A DNA stretch of 11,204 nt from Candidatus Thorarchaeota archaeon (GTDB taxonomy: Archaea > Asgardarchaeota > Thorarchaeia > Thorarchaeales > Thorarchaeaceae), in contig JBHLRP010000077.1 in NCBI GenBank assembly GCA_048882485.1, positions 1 to 11,204 of the forward strand, read 5' to 3'. Made by a program: the position numbers and the translations under genes. The first letter of the stretch is position 1. Each line of letters begins with the position of its first letter. Shown here one piece after another: positions 8,004-11,204 of this stretch. Under the pieces are notes generated by a model. It was not told where the DNA came from, made no database searches, and worked only from the letters and a program-made list of their open reading frames with translations.

Positions 8004-8151
8004 AGAGAAAGAAATCAAGAGAAACGGCAATTCCGCGTGAGTGGTCCATCCATAGAGACCGCTATGTTGACATGCCAAGGTCTGTCATATTTTAGACCTC
8101 TCGAAGCAACTACTATTCGTGTGGCACCCGTCTTTTTTGAGATTCTTCTCT
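8004..8151 (+). ncRNA. Candidate structured leader RNA or sRNA upstream of the homocysteine module (family unassigned)
   Basis: Hand-derived nested helices: 8004-8027/8128-8151, 8035-8046/8057-8067, 8073-8077/8122-8126, 8078-8084/8093-8099, 8102-8105/8116-8119. G-U pairs favour the + strand. No energy or covariation calculation was done. Confidence 0.4.
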
Positions 8152-8199
8152 GAGTATTTAGCTGCATGGCAGGGATAAATTGGCTTGGAGGCTAAGAAA

Positions 8200-9555
8200 A
8201 TGAAACAAGAGAAGACTATACGAGAGATAAACGAGAGAATTAGAGATGGATCTGTTCGAGTTGTGACTGGCTCTGAGATGACCGAGATAGTTGCAGAGAT
8301 TGGAGCAGACAAAGCAGTACATGAAGTGGATGTAGTCACCACTGGTACATTTGGTGCTATGTGTTCATCAGGGATCTGGATGAATTTCGGCCATGCTGAG
8401 CCTCCAATAAGAATGACACGCGTATGGTTGAATGATGTCGAGGCATATGCAGGCGTTTCAGCAGTAGATGCATACATCGGAGCCACACAACTGTCAGAGT
8501 CACTAGGAATGGAGTATGGTGGAGGCCATGTGATTGAGGACCTAGTCCGCGGGAGGTCTGTCCATTTGCGCGCTGAGTCATATGGTACTGACTGCTATCC
8601 AAGAAAGAGTCTCTCAGTTGAGATTCGAGCGGATGAGATGAATCAAGCTATAATGTCTAACCCGCGTGTCGGAGCTTTTGGAGCTGTGGCTACAAATTCG
8701 TCTCAGAAGACGATTTACTCATATATGGGGAAACTGCTGCCTGACTTTGGCAATGCAACCTTCTCTGGGGCTGGAGAAATCTCTCCAATTCGAAATGACC
8801 CACAATTCCGCACAATAGGTGTCGGAACGCGAATATTCCTTGGAGGAGCTGAGGGTTATGTCACCGGGAGCGGGACGCAACACAGTCCTAGTACCGGCCA
8901 AGGGACTCTGAGGGTCGAGGGTGATTTGAGAGAGATGTCCTCGGACTTCATCAAGGGTTGTATCTTCACAAGATATGGGGTATCACTTTACGTTGGTCTT
9001 GGGGTGCCTATTCCGGTTCTCAACGAAGAGGTTGCCAAGAGTACAGGAGTTTCTGATCAGGAGATTGTGACCAAAGTCATTGATTATAGCGTGCCCTCAC
9101 GTGCCAGACCCAAACTGCGGAAGGTTTCCTACTCGGATCTGAAGTCCGGTTCAATAGAGATAGATGGACGAGAAGTTAGGACTGCACCCATTTCAAGCTT
9201 CAGAGTAGCAAAAACTGTGGCGAACGAACTGAGGCAATGGATTGCGTCGGGTAAGTTCTTCCTAGCAAGTCCTGACAGATTGTTGTCATCTTCTGAAACC
9301 TATCGCCATATGGTGCAGAGAGAGTTGACGGCCGCCACTTCGGCAACACGTGCGAAGTTCCAACCCGAGAAGGATCAGTTTGTCACTCTGAACACGGATA
9401 GATGTGTAGAATGCGGTCTCTGTATTTCATTCTGTGAACAGGATGTCTTCGCATTTGACGATGAATTGACATTCACATTCAGTCCAGAACTCTGTTCTGA
9501 GTGTGAGCTGTGTGGTGATGTCTGCCCACAGAGAGCAATCTATCTTAAGAGCTGA
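8200..9555 (+). CDS. L-aspartate semialdehyde sulfurtransferase-like homocysteine biosynthesis protein (DUF39/COG1900, MA1821/MJ0100 family) fused to a C-terminal 2x[4Fe-4S] ferredoxin
   Basis: KTI.EINERI, VDVVTTGTFGAMCSSG (Cys55), AVDAYIGAT, YGGGHVIEDL, GTDCYPR (Cys132), YMG, NDP..RTIGVGTRIFLGG, GTQH. C-terminal CVECGLCISFC and CSECELCGDVCP. ATG 8200 is preferred over TTG 8185 because GGAGG sits at 8187-8191. Confidence 0.9.
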   Translation: MKQEKTIREINERIRDGSVRVVTGSEMTEIVAEIGADKAVHEVDVVTTGTFGAMCSSGIWMNFGHAEPPIRMTRVWLNDVEAYAGVSAVDAYIGATQLSESLGMEYGGGHVIEDLVRGRSVHLRAESYGTDCYPRKSLSVEIRADEMNQAIMSNPRVGAFGAVATNSSQKTIYSYMGKLLPDFGNATFSGAGEISPIRNDPQFRTIGVGTRIFLGGAEGYVTGSGTQHSPSTGQGTLRVEGDLREMSSDFIKGCIFTRYGVSLYVGLGVPIPVLNEEVAKSTGVSDQEIVTKVIDYSVPSRARPKLRKVSYSDLKSGSIEIDGREVRTAPISSFRVAKTVANELRQWIASGKFFLASPDRLLSSSETYRHMVQRELTAATSATRAKFQPEKDQFVTLNTDRCVECGLCISFCEQDVFAFDDELTFTFSPELCSECELCGDVCPQRAIYLKS

Positions 9556-9566
9556 GGTGGTGTTGC

Positions 9567-10280
9567 TTGTCACGACATTATCTGAGAATCGGTGAAACAA
9601 TTGCCAATGTGGTAGCAGACGAGGAGTTCTTCGAAATAGCTGAGGCTGCTGTAAAGCAAGCAAGGAAGGACATCCTTCAGCACATCAGATTCGATCCTCA
9701 TTTCCAGTTCAGCATGGAGCCAATATCGGTTCCTGAACATTCTCCTGACATCGTCAAGAGGATGGCTGCAGCTAGTACGCGAGTTGGAGTGGGACCGATG
9801 GCAGCAGTAGCTGGTGCAATCGCACAATATGCTGTCGAAGTTATGGTAGCTAGGGGCGCAACTCACATTCTGTTTGACAACGGTGGCGACATCGCCATGT
9901 ACCTAGATCGGCCGGCTGTAGTTGGCATCTACTCCGGAGAAAGTGGTGCTGACAATCTAGGAATACGATACACTACTTTGGGTGAACTGCAGGGCGTCTG
10001 TACGTCCTCTGCATCTATTGGTCACTCCCTCAGCTTAGGAAGAACGGATGCATCCATTGTCTTCTCAAAAGATGTGGCCCTTGCTGACGCCGCGGCCACA
10101 GCTCTTGGTAATTCTATCACAGAGGAGGACAAGGACCAAGTGTCACACGCATTGAGGACTGCAATGATTGAAGACATTGATGGAGCCATAGTCATCATTG
10201 GTGATACAATCGGGGCAGCAGGAGAGATTCCTCAGATTGTCCGAGCCAATGTCGACTTCAATCTCATCGCTAGGGGGTAG
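9567..10280 (+). CDS. UPF0280/COG2122 ApbE-like protein (MA1715 family, sulfide assimilation partner)
   Basis: GPMAAVAGAIA, DNGGDI, GVCTSSASIGHSLSLG, ADAAAT; 237 aa with no lipoprotein signal. TTG start with GAGGTG at 9554-9559. Typical neighbour of COG1900. Confidence 0.88.
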   Translation: MSRHYLRIGETIANVVADEEFFEIAEAAVKQARKDILQHIRFDPHFQFSMEPISVPEHSPDIVKRMAAASTRVGVGPMAAVAGAIAQYAVEVMVARGATHILFDNGGDIAMYLDRPAVVGIYSGESGADNLGIRYTTLGELQGVCTSSASIGHSLSLGRTDASIVFSKDVALADAAATALGNSITEEDKDQVSHALRTAMIEDIDGAIVIIGDTIGAAGEIPQIVRANVDFNLIARG

Positions 10281-10291
10281 AAGGTGAAAAG

Positions 10292-11204
10292 ATGAGTAAG
10301 CTGAAAGCTTGTGTCATGGGAGCAACTGGCATCGTGGGGCAACACTTTGTGAGAGCCCTAGACGATCACCCCTACTTTGAACTGAGTCTAGTCACAGCGT
10401 CAGAGCGTTCTGAAGGGGTGGAATATGGTGAAATTACTGATTGGATAGTTTCTGAGAGAGTTCCTGATGCAGCTCGACAATTGCAAGTCAACAGGACAGA
10501 CGCAGAAGCAATCGCTTCTAACGGGGTAGATCTCGTCTTCAGTGCGCTCCCCTCTGGGCGCGCGTATGACATTGAGGCGGAGTTGGCTTCTCGTGGTCTA
10601 CCAGTGTTCTCAAATGCCGGCGCCCATAGGATGAGTGCCCACGTGCCAATCCTCATTCCGGAGGTGAATCCTGAGCACTTGGGTTTGATAGATTCTCAGG
10701 AATACGATGGTGGCTACATAGTCACAAACTCAAACTGCTCAGTTTCAGGTCTTGTATTTGGGCTGAAACCACTTATGCCGTTTGTAATCAAGACAGTGAC
10801 TGTTTCGACTTATCAGGCACTATCGGGTGCTGGACGGAATGGTGTCGCATCGATTGACATCCAAGGAAATGTGATTCCATTTATTGCAAACGAAGAGGAT
10901 AAGATGCGAATCGAGGGACAAAAGATTCTGGGCACATTTCAAGATGGCTTAGTGAAGCCTGCAGACTTCAAGGTCTATGCGAGCTGTGCTAGAGTCCCTG
11001 TGATGGACGGTCATCTAGAGAGTGTGGTAGTGGAGTTTGATGCTCCGATTGATGTCGATGAAGCATCGCAGATCCTTTCCGTGTTCAGTGGGCCACCACA
11101 GGAGCTCAGACTGCCAACAGCGCCTGAGAAACCTATCACCCTACTTGAGGAACAAGATCGACCACAGCCGAGGCGTGACATCTCGGTGACAGAGGCCGGC
11201 AAAG
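10292..11204 (+). CDS. asd: Aspartate-semialdehyde dehydrogenase, archaeal/eukaryotic type, 3'-truncated (not in ORF track)
   Basis: Hand translation MSKLKACVMGATGIVGQHFVRALDDHPYFE..., with ASERS, VFSALP, SNA..HRM...PILIPEVN, TNSNCS (catalytic Cys 10736-10738), YQALSGAG, EEDKM, CARVPVMDGH (His 11012-11014) and DRPQPR. AGGTGA at 10282-10287; frame open to the window end. Confidence 0.95.
   Translation, partial: MSKLKACVMGATGIVGQHFVRALDDHPYFELSLVTASERSEGVEYGEITDWIVSERVPDAARQLQVNRTDAEAIASNGVDLVFSALPSGRAYDIEAELASRGLPVFSNAGAHRMSAHVPILIPEVNPEHLGLIDSQEYDGGYIVTNSNCSVSGLVFGLKPLMPFVIKTVTVSTYQALSGAGRNGVASIDIQGNVIPFIANEEDKMRIEGQKILGTFQDGLVKPADFKVYASCARVPVMDGHLESVVVEFDAPIDVDEASQILSVFSGPPQELRLPTAPEKPITLLEEQDRPQPRRDISVTEAGK

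Noticed and set aside
7913-8095. 60-aa + strand ORF in the intergenic region
   Set aside because: GTG start without an SD, no recognisable motif, and it overlaps the promoter-like element.
8010-8145. Canonical SAM-I (S-box) riboswitch call
   Set aside because: ATCAAGAG, GCAAC and GAT are present, but the P2 GAGGGA...GCCC kink-turn/pseudoknot, the GUGC strand of P3 and P4 are not recognisable. Kept only as an unassigned candidate.
8064-8153. 29-codon upstream ORF (MLTCQGLSYFRPLEATTIRVAPVFFEILL) as an attenuator leader peptide
   Set aside because: No SD and no run of Met, Cys, Thr or Lys codons. Its length is compatible with chance, although its stop falls at the end of the predicted fold.
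8200-9555. Methanogenesis marker 16 / coenzyme M biosynthesis COG1900-ferredoxin fusion (MJ1681-like)
   Set aside because: The FGAMCSSG and YGTDCYPR motifs and the COG2122/asd neighbours fit the homocysteine clade better. No methanogenesis genes are in the window. Phylogeny would settle it.
9553-9555. Selenocysteine readthrough at TGA stops
   Set aside because: Each TGA falls at the expected protein end or at a coupled start. Readthrough here hits another TGA within 10 codons, and no catalytic position is encoded by TGA.
9567-10280. True ApbE flavin transferase
   Set aside because: Too short, no lipoprotein signal, and the motifs and context match UPF0280/COG2122.
318-11202. All minus-strand ORFs in the track (61-164 aa)
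   Set aside because: They lie wholly or mostly antisense to well-supported conserved genes and show no family motifs; treated as shadow ORFs.
1-11204. CRISPR arrays, IS elements, tRNA or rRNA genes
   Set aside because: No regularly spaced repeats, transposase or integrase ORFs, or cloverleaf/T-loop signatures. The only sizeable non-coding space is 7900-8199.

Overview
Gene-dense window, all supported genes on the + strand, most likely archaeal (archaeal/eukaryotic-type Asd, PPSKS-type AroA, GGAGG/GAGGTG ribosome sites, TATA-like box); finer taxonomy cannot be set from sequence alone. Block 1 (1-7899) is a tightly coupled aromatic amino acid operon: class I/II aminotransferase (5'-truncated), tyrA, then all seven chorismate steps aroB-aroF-aroD-aroE-aroK-aroA-aroC. 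It uses the classical DAHP route and a bacterial-type shikimate kinase, and aroA appears to start at a CTG. A 300-nt intergenic region (7900-8199) holds a palindrome, a BRE/TATA-like element and a roughly 150-nt segment that folds by hand into a multi-stem RNA enclosing a U6 tract. Block 2 (8200-end) is a sulfide-dependent homocysteine module: a DUF39/COG1900 aspartate-semialdehyde sulfurtransferase fused to a 2x[4Fe-4S] ferredoxin (no CBS or NIL domain), a UPF0280/COG2122 ApbE-like protein, and asd (3'-truncated, absent from the ORF track). Best novelty candidate: the structured leader in front of a CBS-less homocysteine enzyme, possibly an RNA-level regulator of archaeal methionine/sulfur metabolism (unverified).
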